A DNA stretch of 56,706 nt, filler included, from Sphacelaria rigidula (GCA_964200075.2; 4 parts of 4 records of this genome joined end to end with filler, not necessarily neighbours in it); one strand, 5' to 3'; counted from the whole stretch's first letter, positions 38,434 to 52,000 are shown. Translations and numbers: made by a program. Notes: generated by a model from the letters alone, not told the origin.

Positions 38434-40840
38434 ATGACTTCAGACAAAGAAAAGAAGCACCTGAAAGCCATTCAGAAGAAAGGAGCAGCCGCGTCTAAAA
38501 AGAACAAAGACGACAGGTGGCACCTTCTCCTCGCACGGAAATTTCTCGCCGACACGTCCAAAGAGAGGAGGAAGTTGCGACAGATAATCGAGCTGGTGAG
38601 GAGAAGGCCCGGCGAGCGTGTGGGCGAGGAGGGGGTGAGTGCTCGCTTGTACATCAAAGTTCATGAGGTTGAAGGTCCTCAGTCACATGCATATGTATTT
38701 GCTGGAAAATATAAGTGGTAGGACATACGTGGCTGGGGATGGACCGTGACATGTCGCGTCTGCGCCGCGTTCAAACCCCAAGTGACGACACAAACGAGCG
38801 TTGACCCGGACAGTACATCTGACACCAAATGCAAATATCATATGTTCAAGGGCACAATGTAGGCTACTCGCGCCGCTAGGATGATGTCCAGCGCTTGTTA
38901 TCGCCATGTAAAGCAGAATGCCGCACGCGCTGAATGTGTCCCCGCCTGATCTCGCCCCACACTCCCCCAACCGTCCGCGCCATCCGCCACCAGGCGCGTC
39001 TGATCCTCTTCCATTACCACCAAATCCTTCCGGACGATATTAGCGAGTCGAAGGCTGTGCAGAGAGTCGCCGACAACCTCGGCGTCTCTTCGAGGTTTGG
39101 AGACGTCATCGCCCGGTTCGCAGATACCAGAGAGCTAGGCTCTTATGATGCGAGTGACGGCCAGCCCAGCGCTGTCTTCTTCCCGACGTACAACGTCGAC
39201 TAGCAAAGAAGATAGACACCATAAATGCATCCGGGCAGGCGGTGACAGCAATTCTTCTTTAGAACTGGCTCCGCAGCCAGCCTGCCGTTGATGATCCGGG
39301 CGACCGAGATCGAGAGCCGATGGAAGTTTCATTGAGGACGGTGCGACGCTGGTGAGAGAAAGTCGGCTACAGTCGGCAGGAGGCGAAGCCGGGATACCGC
39401 GTTACGCCAGAACGGAAGGCGCGGATCCGTGAATTTCTCATAGATTTTTCTGTCTCCAAGAGTCAAGAAGCCTCCGGGGACTATGTTATCGCCTTCATGG
39501 ACGAGTCCTACCTGCACGTGGGACACAGACCGAAAGCGTCTATATTCCCCGACGGTGAAAATCGTTCGGTGAACACTGCCGGTGCGGGGAAACGTATCAT
39601 GATTGTGCACGCCACCACGGCCCTCTCGTGGCGCCGGAACACCGTCATGCGCTTAGCGGAATCCCCGAGCCTGAAGGGTGGTTCGCCGCCCGTGGCGGCA
39701 CGGGATCGGCCAATCCCGCAGGCGGCGACAGCCGTGCCGGTTGTGAGGACCGGCGAAGCGAGTCAAACAGCACCGGCCATGGCGGACATACCAGCGGCGC
39801 CGGTAGGTGAGTCACCCCTAGGGAGGCGAGTGCGACTTTAACTACCCGCCGAGCAGCGACGGCGGGGCGGGGAAGACCTCGCTCCACGGCCACCAGCACA
39901 CGCGCGGCTGAGATGGACGAAGGGAAGGAGAATCGTGGCAGTGATAGAGAGGGATCTGGCGGGGCGGGATCGATGGCCGGCGGTAAACGGCGGCGGCTCC
40001 CCAGTACCGCCGACGACCGTCCCGGGCGCATCCTCCGGAGCAAAGGAAACAGAGTGCTCGGAGCGGTTATGTCCTCAGGTGACGGACGCAACATCGCCAG
40101 TGAGGGCGGCACCGCCGGCGGTAGCGACGGTGGCAGGGGGGGTGGCAGGGTGCATGGCGGCGCCGAAGGTCGGGGAAGAGGCGGGAACGAGATAGCAACC
40201 CGTCCATCCGGCAGCGGATGTGGGGGTGGGGTGGATGAAATAGCACCAACATCGGCCGACGGCAAAACGGCCACAGGTGGCGTTCAGGCGAAAGGTGACC
40301 CGGGAGGAAGCGGGCTCCGCAGCACGAAGGGTTCACGCGAGGGTAAGGGAAAGGGTAGAGCGAACCCTGGCGGGGGATCGGCGGGCGTAGGGTTTGGATC
40401 ACGACAAACCCCCAAACGCGGCAAAGGGGTGCAGCGGCGAAGACAAAGAACGTCGGGAGCGCAGTTGGAATAACGGCGGCATATTGCCTGCAATAGACTG
40501 GTGCCCCGACAGAGAGCGAGCGTATTAGCACGAAGGGTGGACGAGGGGGAAAGGGAAAGGGTAGAGCGAATCCTGGCGGGGCAGCGGCGGTTGGGGGGTG
40601 TGAATCAGGAAAAAAAACGAAACACGGGAAAGGGAGTAAAGCGGCGAAGACAAAGAACGCGGCGAGGAAGCGGAAGAGAGAGGACGACGGTTGTTCTGCC
40701 TCCCGCGTTAACATTTAAAAGTTGTACACGGCGGAGATGTTGTTCGAAGCCGGAGAGAAGTCTCCAAGTCAAGCTACCACAAGAACATGGACGCAGACAT
40801 GTTCCTGCAGTGGTTGGACAAACGCTTCTTGCCGACTTTC
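38434..40840 (+). pseudogene. Intron-containing IS630/Tc1/mariner-superfamily transposase pseudogene, 3'-truncated
   Basis: Exon 38434-38634 (GGG|gtgagt) and acceptor ccag|38994. HTH-like SKAVQRVADNLGVS; second HTH-like VSLRTVRRW*EKVGY; catalytic VIAFMDESYLHVGH...GKRIMIVHA (~39485-39615); TAEMLFEAG...YHKNMDADMFLQWLDKRFLPTF (~40728-40840). Stops and frameshifts are present. Confidence 0.85.
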
Positions 40841-41132
40841 ATTCTCTCTTATACATTTAGAGTTGGACCCTGAAATTTGGTATGGACAGTGCATAGGGCA
40901 CAGAAAAAAATTACTGCGGTACCAAAATTTGTTTTTCTTCATGAGTTAAGGGCAATAATCGGTTTTCAGGTATCAGTAAAATGCTCCTAACTCATGAAAA
41001 GAACATTTTGGTACCGCAGTAATTTTTTATGCCCTATGCACTGTCCATACCAAATTTCAGGGTCCAACTCTAAATGAATAGAAGAGAATGGGCCTGCAAG
41101 CTTCAAATCCGCCTCTAGGCTGGCCCAGCTCG
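40840..41132 (+). mobile_element. Right end of the TA-CGAGCTGGGCCAGCC element: ~250-bp subterminal inverted repeat plus TIR
   Basis: Arms catttagagttggaccctgaaatttggtatggacagtgcataggg and its reverse complement; ends cttcaaatccgcctctaggctggcccagctcg|ta. Confidence 0.88.
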
Positions 41133-42506
41133 TATAGAGACGGGCAAAGCCGAACAAGGCACAACAGTACAATACAGGGCAATGCAGTACAGTCCAGTTC
41201 AGCAGAGTGTTGTCTTCTCTTTCTCCCTCCATGCGTTCCTCCCCACTGCTCCCATTAACTATGGGTATCACCATGGACCAGATTGCGAGAAACCTTTCAA
41301 GAGTGTGAACTCGTCCTGCCCCCAGCTATGTACGTGAACCGCTGGGCCTTCACGGTGGGCAATCTAGGTCCTGTTCATATTTCGAGTCAAATCATGCCAA
41401 GTCAGTATATGTGAACACAACACTAAATCTTCATGGCAGCGCAGAGGTTATGTACAGCAAGCAGGCCATATGTGGCGGAAAGGTGGACTCTGCATAACCA
41501 GAAAAGAGAAGAGCACAAGACAGTCACCATGGTGTTTTCTGTCCCAGTAGACACCACGCTCCCTTACGTGGGTCCCCAAAGCGGCCGGGTATACAGGCAG
41601 CAACGCTTCTCTGTTACTAACTTGTCGGAGTGCAATACACACGGATATACTTTTACGGAACCGAAACATTTACTCGGGCTCAGACCTCTCCTCCCTTCTT
41701 GCCTCCACCGTCCCGTCTGCGTCTTTTCTGTTCATTTGCTCTTGTCGGGAACGGTGGTTCGTTGGGGAGAGTCCATCAATAGGCCGCCTAAATCAGAGAC
41801 GATCTCGTCGACTACGAGTGCGATTCGAGCGCTGTTTTTTGCGTTGTGTGCTTCAAATCACAATGCATGTTGTAATGACTTTGTTTTCCGGAAACGTTCC
41901 ACGCTCGGCACACCAGGCGGAAAAAAGTATTTTTTATGCAGAGTTTCAGCGAACGCTACAAGAGTTGAGAAGAAAGGATCCCATATTGCAGTGTGTGTCA
42001 GGGGTGTGGACGTGTATGTAGCCCCTGAACGGCGAGGACGTCGCTTCAACGCACGATTTTCTCGTTCTAATGATGTGTTTAATCAAGTGTATCCACATGG
42101 AAGAAAGTAAACGAGGATGAATTGTCTCTGGTCGATAAAGTTCCGTCGAACGGCCTGACAAAAGTCGGAGGCTAACACCCCCCCGATTCGCACCCCTAAC
42201 TGTGTATCGGCCGCAGCGTGACGCCTGCGGCGGTACTACCTGCTCACTGCACAGCAACAGGGTTTAGGGTGACAAAGCGCACCGCAGAACGTCGCATCCT
42301 CAGTCTATATATGTCCTGCATTGATTTCGCGTTGTGCCCTATGCAGTTCGCCACAATCTGGGGGAAATGCAGGTGAGGCAATCGCCAGTATTTTCACCTG
42401 CAAGCTCTGCTCTAGTGTACTGTAAGTTGATATCGCTAGAAGGACACTAAACAACAAATTGTGCGAATTGAGGTTTAACTCCGAGATGAGGTTCAAGCCT
42501 AAAACA

Positions 42507-42606
42507 NNNNNNNNNNNNNNNNNNNNNNNNNNNNNNNNNNNNNNNNNNNNTTAATTAATTAANNNNNNNNNNNNNNNNNNNNNNNNNNNNNNNNNNNNNN
42601 NNNNNN
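42507..42606. other. Artificial contig linker
   Basis: N-TTAATTAATTAA-N, 100 nt. Confidence 0.98.
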
Positions 42607-43054
42607 TTTAATTTTGAGTGCGGAAAGGGGGGGGGAAACTAGCACGCCCGGAGGCCACCCCCCAAACCGCGTACTCCCCCCCCCCCCCCCCCCCCCCCCC
42701 CCCAAAGAAATAGCCATTTCAAGATAAATCGGAAAGTACATAACACCGGCACAGGGCGGTAGCAATAAGGAACCCGGGGAATGGTCCCGTCACGCTACCC
42801 CGAGCACTCCTTCCCCACCCCCCGCTCACACAGAACCGTTGCCCCGTCTCACCGCTGCGTTGTGCCTAGAGAGGGTACCGTGGCTACTGCAGATGCGCTG
42901 TTGTCCTGTACCTACCGTTGCGATGCTACGTTGTTGATCCTTGACGCCACACCCTGAGAATGTGGGGTAGGTAACACTACTCTGGAGGTATGATACGATA
43001 CTTCACCCGAACCATCTTCGATGTCTTTGTGTTCCTTTCTCGAAACGCGCGCAG

Positions 43055-46000
43055 GTAGCAGGACTAGGACCGGATGATCAGGGGGAGCCGATCCTGCGGG
43101 TACGGTTTTCGCCGGGTGCTGGTGGAGACCAACAGCGAGACAAGAGCTTGCGCCTTAGAAACGAGTGGCATCGCCTGGCTATACCGACGTCGCTCACCGA
43201 AGAGGTTGGTCTCAGCTGAAGCGGGGATACCACGTGAAATAAATAGAGTATCAAGCGCCCTCAAGTCATGAGCGCGTTTGACGTACGTTGGACAAATTGG
43301 TTCAATTGGCCATTTTTTTTGGCAACTATTTTTTGTGGTTTTTTCGCCCTTGCCCCCCCCCCCCCCCCCTCCCCTGCCCCCCGCGTCCTCTGTTTCTTCA
43401 CCCTTGTCACTCCCTTGTCTGTATTTCGTCATCCGTGTCTCTCTTGTCTCTTGTATACACATATACCTTTCATTCACGTTAATCATATTTTGCATCAACT
43501 TACTAACTTCCTCCCTTTGGGTTACCGGTGCTCGTGAGACATCGTTGACGGATGACAAGACGTTGTCACTCGGTCGGAAGGAGCCACCTGTCTACTGTGT
43601 ACTGTCTGTGCATTCACGAAGCAAGGCTCTACAACGAGAGCACAGACACGGCGCCTAGCACCAGCTAGCCTTGCGTCGGAGCGTTGTGCTCCCCATGGTG
43701 ATGACAGAGATACTAGTAGCTCAAACACGAACGCTCGTGCTTGCTTTTTCTCTTGCCATTTTGGTCCGTTGTCGGCATCGCTGTCGTCGTTTTCGTTGTT
43801 GCTGATGTCGTCTTCTTGCCCCCCCCCCCTCCCCCCCCCCAACACCACACTTTCAATTCCCCCATCTATCCTCCTGAAAACAGCAAATACTAAGCGGAGC
43901 GAAGCTCAGTGGCGATGCGTTCTCTTCAAGCAAGCGGCACTTCAGACTCCAGTCGTCGTCGTCGTTATCTTCCTCTGCGTCACGTTCCACTACTCCATCG
44001 CCTTCTTCTCACTGCCGCGGTCAATCGTCATCCTCCAGCACACCGCAATCAACAGCAAGTACAGCGCCGCTGAGAACCATAGCAGCAGCTGACGGAGGAA
44101 ACAGTGTTGGCGGCCGCCGAGGGCGAGAAGGGCAAGAAGAGGAAGGTGTTGGCGGGAGCGACCGCAACCGAGGGAGAAGCCAAGGATGGCGCAGCGGTAG
44201 CCCCAGGAGCGGCAGCGGGAGCTCGAAAGATGGCACCGGCGAAGCCGGCGGCGGCGAGCAGCGGGGGGAGGATATTCGGCCGGACGGCAACATCGGCAGC
44301 GTTGCTGGGGGTGCAGTACGAGATGGCAGCACAACGGACGGCCGCCGAAGTCGAAGTTCTCGCTCAAAGGAGGCGTCCAGGGATAGGAGGAGGGGCAAAA
44401 ATAACCGGAGCCGTGGGAGAGAGGGGAGTCGTGAAAGTCGCGGGGGGAGCAGCGGTAGTCGAGATCGAAGGAAACACGGCAGCGGTCATGTTGACAGGCG
44501 TGACGGGGCCAAAAAGGACCGCAGCCGGGGGGGGCATAGGGAGAAGGGACGCAGCGGTTGCACGGAGGAGGGCGAGGGTGACGGCGCCGCCGTCGGCAGT
44601 GGGGCTATTGGCGGGCGAGAAGGGAATGGTGACTTTGAGGATACTTCCTTTTATGGAGGCTCTGAGGGAAAAGTGGGGGCACGAGCGATGGAGGATGGCG
44701 ATGCGCCGGTGAACCACGGAGCAGAGCAGAACTCAGCAGCATTACCAGTAGCACCGCGACCCAATGGAGCAGCTGGTGCGTCAGCGCCGGCAGGCGCGGA
44801 GGCCGCAACCACCCGCGGAACGTCGGGTTCTCCTTCTCGAGCGGTCGAAGGTACTGTCGATAGTAGTAGTAGTGGCCGGGGTGGGGATAGCACCAGCACT
44901 GGTTTGGTGAGTGCCGTCCGCGGCAGCAGCGGTAGTAGTGTGGGCAGCGGTGGCGGCCCACGAGGAGTAGAGCGGCACGCCCCGGCGTCACCGTTACTAA
45001 GCTTGCCTCCCGCGAATGCTGGCGGCGGCGGGGCGATATCGAGTGACGAGCGGTCAAGTCGCGGAGGATTGAGTAAAACGGCTGGCGGGGTCGGGATCGG
45101 AGATGGTGAGGCATCGGCGGGCAGGAGAATGAGCAGTGGGAGCAGCTCCGGCGGTGGGACGGGAGCGGCACGGAGGTTGTGGCGGGTTGGGGAGGCCGGG
45201 GCAAGGGGTCCCAAGGTCGGGGATAAGTTTGACTGTCTCGATTATTTCATCAGCGTTCAGGTAAGCCATCTGCGCTACACTGTTCGGTAGAATACACGTG
45301 GGTGTGTCGCTCGAATGTTGGAACATTGGAGGGAAGTATGCCGTCATTCAAGTGCGCGGGGGTCCTGTATATGTGCTACTCTAAAGGCCTGCGGCAGCTT
45401 GCGGCACGCATTACTTAGGATCGTCTGTTGTCTACCGTACCAGATTCTTCAAGTTTTTTCGTCTTTCTTGAGTGTGCTGATGCATGATCCACCGAAAAAG
45501 CCTGGGACTGACTGGAGAAGATCCGAATTTCCGTGCAACCCACTTGTCGAGCTCAGCGTGGACGTCATTCGCCAGCCCCTCTTCCGATATCCGGAATCGC
45601 GCAATTCCATCGTTGGTCGTGTTGCGAGTGTACGTATTTTGCCCTACCCGCCACCCCTGGAAAACGAGGCACAAATGATCGTACGATAGGGGGGGGTGTG
45701 TGCTCATAATAAGTATATTCGCCGAAACCATGAAATCATCCCTTTTTTTTTACAAAGTAATGTTGGCTCGTATTGGGCGGCCACGGTGAGTCAGTCGCGG
45801 ATCGTGGACTCCATTTGTCTTGCGACGAATCATACTAAAAATCTGCGGTGTATCAATCGTTCGTACAGACGACGTATGATGTGTCCACCCTCGCTTGGTG
45901 TACCGTCATTCGACATTCGTTGTCTCCGAACAAGCACATATTTCCTTCCTGTAACGGCCGCACTTTTTTGCAGCCTTCAGCCCTGCCGAAAATGGTTTTT

Positions 46001-49000
46001 GTTTCAAGAAAGATCACATCGATACACGTGATTCGGTGAAGGGAGGAGTAGGTACTGACTGAAGTTGAACCCGATCTGAAAAGTCGTAACCTCGGGGGGG
46101 GAGAGCCACGATTTTGGTCCGTCTCCTACAGCACAGTAGTGTCTGGTTGTGCTGGGTGGTATGTAAAGTATAGGTCCGCTGCGAAAAAATATTTTTCGGC
46201 CCGGGCCTAACCCTCATTATTCACTCTCACCCGGAATCTTGAAAATCTCACACCAAGCACCTGGATAAATGTGAAACAAACACAAAACAATGCTGGAATC
46301 CTGCGCTGTTTTCCCAAGAGAATCAGTCCGAAGCTATCACGACGAGCCGGGGTCCCACCAGTAGGGGTGGGTGTCCTATTCACAAAAACAGAAATCGTCA
46401 ATGGGTTCTTAAAGGGTTCATATGAACTTTACAAGGATCGGACAAATCAATGATTCGTCTGGAAATTACTTGGTTCTAGTGTAATTGATTCGAATCATAT
46501 GAATCAATCCCTAGGTTTTGTTTTCAGCGTTGCAACACAGGTACACCAGCAGCCCAGACACGCGGAATGGCGCAAAAGTCGCGTGGATACCCCTTGGACC
46601 AGCGGTCAACTTTTTTCTCCCTTTTGGGCAACCAGGCCGTGTCTCATGATTTTTTTTCCGACTCGAAAACATGCGGTCGAATCGAACTGGTCGTTGCGAA
46701 ACCGAATCTGATACGTCCACAGTATTTATGTTCCTAGATGGCTTCAAGTCCATTTTATAATTAGTTGCGCGCGACGGGCAAGGTGAAGAACAGAAAAGCT
46801 TAGCTTTTTCGAGCGAAATGAGCGGCCGAATGAACGAAGCGGCACGTAACTCCCATGTTGCAGACAACCGTGCCAAATACTACCCTTTCACAGAGGTACG
46901 CAAAACCCAAATGGTTCATTCGCAGCTATCTATACTCAACCTTGCGGCACAGATCACGAACTGAACGCAGGCATACATACGCTGCAGTTAGGGATAGAAA
47001 CCGACATCACCACCGTTTTGGCATGATGTGTTCCTTTTTGTTGGCGAAAACTTGGGCATCTAATTTTGTGGCAGGGTCCACCCACGAAGTTGCGTGTCGG
47101 GGTGGGCGATTGAATTGCCAACGCGCTCATAGTAGAGGCGGTGAAGAACTGCACATGATTCAAATCCGCTTCGCATCCTCCTCTACACAGAAAGTCAGAG
47201 AGCTGTACTGTCTGTCAAATCAAAATGCTGTATGTCGCGTTGCCCGCTTCTTTTTCACCTCGCGGCTGCATGCTGCGCGAAACAAAACAAAACTATTTAC
47301 ACAACACAACAGTAGTGGTACAGGCCGCCACTGTTGCTGTACAGTCTGTATGCTTGTACTGTACTGTATATAGGTGAAGAAATACCTATGTTGCAGACAA
47401 TCCTGCCAGATACTACGAGCTTGGCCAGCCTAAGTACGGATTTAAGCTCTAGAAGCTATATCTCATCGACGCAGATGAGTTGGGCCGTGATCCACATATC
47501 ATATTAATCGTCGAACCAAGGGGAAGGTGCCCATCTGCTTGAAAGTTTGAACCCATATTTTCTTGTTGATTTAACCCCATCTTTAGTAATTCCTATACCT
47601 GACGGAGATGGCGTCCATACTAAAATCTCTATGAAACCCCCGATCGATGCATTCAGCGGATGACGACGAATTTTGGTGTGGACATTCTCTGGAGCAAGGG
47701 GAGACGATGGATACCCTCACCTTCACCTAATTCCTTATCTATCTCGAGATATGGCGCACATAGGTTTCGATACTAAAATCAATATATTACGAGCAGAGGC
47801 ACTGATGCCCTAAATCTGGATATCGCGTCTCAGTTTTTGAGAGTTGTTCCATAAAATTTCGTGTGGTGAACCGCTAGTGCATAATGAAAAAAAATACGAA
47901 CAGCTTGCTACCTATTTTCATTTATTTTTTTTCGTGTTTTTAGTGGAGTTTTGACGAGAAATGAACGTAGCTCTTAGGCCTTATCTCAAAGTTTTAGCTC
48001 AATTTTTAGAATTGTGATTTGAAAGTTAGCATGAAAAACCACCAGAGTGTGCCGAATAAAAAAAAATGGGCATTTTTGTTTTGTTTTCAGAGAGGTTAGG
48101 GCGTTCTCGTGAAGAAATGGTCTTCACCATACTAGAACGCCCTTAACCAGTGAAAAAAATAATTGCAAAAAATTTGACCCACTGAGTGTTGTCAAGTATG
48201 CCTTAGAGAGCGCCCACACAAAATTTCAACACACATAAAACTAACGTGGGCCGGTGAGTGGCCTTCGAAATATTGTTCCGAATTTCCACCGACCCGGTGT
48301 TTTAAAGGCCCATGCTCCCGCCAATATTTAGAGTGGGACCCTGAAATTTGGTATAGAAAATGAATAGCGCATGAAAAAAATTACGTGGGCACCAAAATGT
48401 TTTTTTTTTTTCATTGAGTTGAGGGCAATAATCAGTTTTCAGGTATCAGTAAAATGCCTTCAATTCCTGAAAAGAAAAAAACCCTTTTGGTGCCGACATA
48501 TTTTTTTTATGCCCTATTCATTGTCCATACCAAATTTCAGGGTCCAACTCTTAATTTTGGCGGGAGCATGGGCCTGCAAACTTCAAATCCGCCTCTAGGC
48601 TGGCCCAGCTCGTACCCTTTCACAGAATTACGCAAAACCCAACTGCTTCATTCGCAGCTAGCGACGTACCCAACCTTGCGGCATAGATCACGAAGTCAGC
48701 ACAGGGATATATGCTGCAGCAGTGATAGGAAACCGACACCACCACACTTTTAGCATAATGTGTTTCTTTTTGTTGGCAAAAACTTGGGCATCTAATTTTG
48801 TGGCAGGGTCCACCGACGGAGTTGCGTGTCGGGGCGCGCGATCAAATTGCCAACGCGCTCATGGGCAGTAGAGGCGGTGAAAAATTGCACGTGGTTAAAA
48901 TCCGCTTCGCATCCTCCTGTATGCAGAGTCAGAAAGCTCTGCTGTGTGTCGCGTTGCCCGCTTCTTTTCCACATCGCGCCCGCATGCTGTGCGAAACACA

Positions 49001-52000
49001 CACCACGTGAATCAATTCCGCCGCACGAACTCGTCCGAGTCGGAGAAAATTTGAGAAGACATCGCCTCAGGCCGAGAAAATTGTGGATGTGGTGTTTCGA
49101 ATCCGTGATGATTCGTCGAACTTTACACGTATCCACCTACTTGACTGTTCGAAAAAAATATCACTCATTTCATTACTTTGTTCTTAAACCGTGACCTGTT
49201 TTTTTCTTGTGCTGCTGATGCGTAATCGTGCCTGTGTTGGTGTCAATTTTATCTACACGTGAAGGTTTGCGTCGTATCACGGGAGTTGGTTGATTCTTGC
49301 AAAATATCCACACCCTGTACAACTATGACTCAACGACTAACTTAGTTGTTTGTCGACCAACTACCGGTCAGTTGTTTCCAAACAACTAGTTGCACACGAT
49401 TCCGAGAGATTAGTTGTTTAGAAATACCTAGTTGCACACGATTCTGGAAGATGAGTAGTTCGGAAAAAACTAGTTGCGCACAATTCTGAGAGAGTACTGT
49501 AGTTGTTTGGGAACAACTAGTTCCGGACTATTTCGGAATAGTAGTTGTTTGGAAATAACTAGTTGCGGGCAATTTCGGAACATTTGTTCTTGAAGCAATT
49601 AGTCGTGCACTATTCTGAACAAGTAGTTGTTTGGAAAAATTAGTTGCACACGATTCTGAATAAGTAGTTGTTGGAAACAACTAGTTGCACACGATTCTGG
49701 AATAGTAGCCGTTTGGTGACCCGGGTAGTTGCACCGTGGTTGATCAAGCAAGGTGGACGTCATGCATACATGAAAAACAGCAGTAAAATCTAAATCTTGA
49801 ACTTATCATGCTCGCGCCCCGAATGACGTATGCCTTTGCTTTGCATCACACCGCATACTTCTGTGTTTTCCTTTATCTAGGAATAGGTCGGCCTAATCTT
49901 TCTGGTCTACTCCCTGTCCTTCACAGATACGAGTTCACACCACTATTATACAGCGTTCTTGTTCTTCCAACCATGACCAACTAGAGTTGTTTGTCGACCA
50001 ACTACGTGGTAGTTGTTTGGGAACATCTCGTTGCGCACGATTCTGAGAGAGTACTTGTTTGGAAACTACTAGTTGCACACGACACTGAGAGAGTACTTGT
50101 TTGGAAACTACTAGTTGCACACGATGCTAAACAGTTTGTTGTTCGGAAACAACTAGTTCCACACGATTCTAAACAGTTAATCGTTTGGAAACAACTAGTT
50201 CCACACGATTCTGAACAATCGGTTGTTTGAGCAACAACTACCAACTATTGTAGTTGTACAGGGTGTGAAAATATCTTCTGTTGGATCGTTGGGACCAAAA
50301 AACCCGACATGGTACAAGAGAGTCATGCCACCGGCGGTACAAGTAGTGGTCCGCGCGCTTGGGTCCAGATGTTTCTCCCTAATCCTCTTGGGACCGGGCC
50401 TCTGTAATGACCAATGAGGCTGGTTAGGCATGACGTGTCTGGCGTCTGCACTAAGCAGTGGCTTCATGTGAAAATCCACGTACGTCACCCCCGCATGCAG
50501 GGTTAGGAGGAAGACCGGCAGTTTCATCCAATCTATTTTCAGGTGTAGATTATTATTATCATCATTATTATATTCATCACATAAGCTCAATCTCTCGAAA
50601 CCGTGGTCACAGAGTGCCAGGAGCATGCCACCGATATACCCATAACCCAAACAGCCCGCAGAAGAAGGCAAAAAACAAAAACATCTTCACGCAAAAATAG
50701 ATACAAACTGTAATTCGGGTGGGGTGCGCATTAGGTGATGTACATCTGATTAAACGAGCACTATGGGTCGCCGTAGAGAGCTGTCAACAGGATGCGGCGA
50801 CCGGCGTGCCGCACGCCACTTGTGGCTTTGGATGATATTATTGTCCCCATCACCTTGCCACACAGCCCTTTGTGGTCGGGGTGGGCCGCGATTTCTCTCT
50901 CTATTGCAAACGGCAAATTTTCTTCAAGGGTATGGGCGTTGCGGCGTACACACATACAGTACAGTACAGTGCAGTGCGCCTCTCCGACTGCAGCAGCAGC
51001 TATAGCTGCATACTCCCTCGCACGTTCTGAGTAGTTATCAGCTGCCTACAAGCTGGGCCGCCCAAGATGCCACAAGGAATTTTGAAACGCGAGTCCTGCG
51101 CTCAATTTTGGATCATTTTCGATGAAATGTTGGCACGATGTACAGGATGTATGTGCGAATACCCAACCTTCCCCCCCCCCTATGTTTTTTTTTTTGCTTC
51201 GTGAGTTTTTGGCAATTTTGTTCCGAAATAAAATGTTGTAAAATGTTCCGTCGCCAATAACTCATGTAGGAAAAAAACACGCACACACACACATGGGGGG
51301 GGGGAGATTTAAGTCTTTGCACATACGCCCTGTACATCGTGTTGAAATTTCGTCGAAAACGATCGAAAATCTAGCGCGCAACTCGCGTCATTCCGTGGAC
51401 AACCGGTTCCTATAGTAGATGGAGATGGACCAGTCACGAACAATTCCAACGCATTTATGCTCTTCAATTTCAAGCTGTTTTCGATTAAATTTGGACACAA
51501 TTGACAGGACGTATGTGCGACGACCACTTCTTACCCCCTCTGTTCGTTTTTTCTCTCTCTGTGAGTTATTAGTAGTTTTATTCCGGAAAAACTGTCGTGA
51601 AATGTTCCGTCGCCAGTAACTCACGAAGAAGATACAAAACAAAACAGGAGAGGAGAGGAACGAAGGGGTGTTTGCACATACGTCCTGTACATGATGTCAA
51701 AATTTTATCGAAAACGACTAAAAGATGAGGTCGGGAATTGTGCTACAGCTTGTGCGGCACCACGCGGCACAACCGACTGTAACCGAAAATCCAATCTCAG
51801 CCGTTTTCTTTTGGCTAATTCCGCCGCACATAGTACCCTCAACTCTACACTTTCGCACTTGNNNNNNNNNNGAAGACGCGCGCTGATTTGCCGATTACCA
51901 CGATGTGTCATGGTAGGCGCAACTCGCGATACATCGTCAGTTAGAACGGGCTGAAGGAAAGTGAGCTTCCTAGGGAGACCAGCCTGTATACACAGCTTAT

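Noticed and set aside
36480..41132. Fanzor/TnpB nuclease associated with the IS630-like transposase
   Set aside because: No RuvC (DPG, E, RDxNA) or CxxC zinc-finger pattern was recognisable in the frames I examined.
44104..44712. 202-aa ORF and overlapping minus-strand Pro-rich ORFs
   Set aside because: Shadow frames of the GC-rich exon 43884-45260, which is open in another frame and splices into a recognisable domain.
49340..50245. Palindromic repeats resembling CRISPR repeats, or a Cys-rich repeat protein (ORF 50002-50244)
   Set aside because: Units are contiguous with no unique spacers and lie within a TIR/TSD-bounded element; the ORF is a by-product of the 39-bp period.
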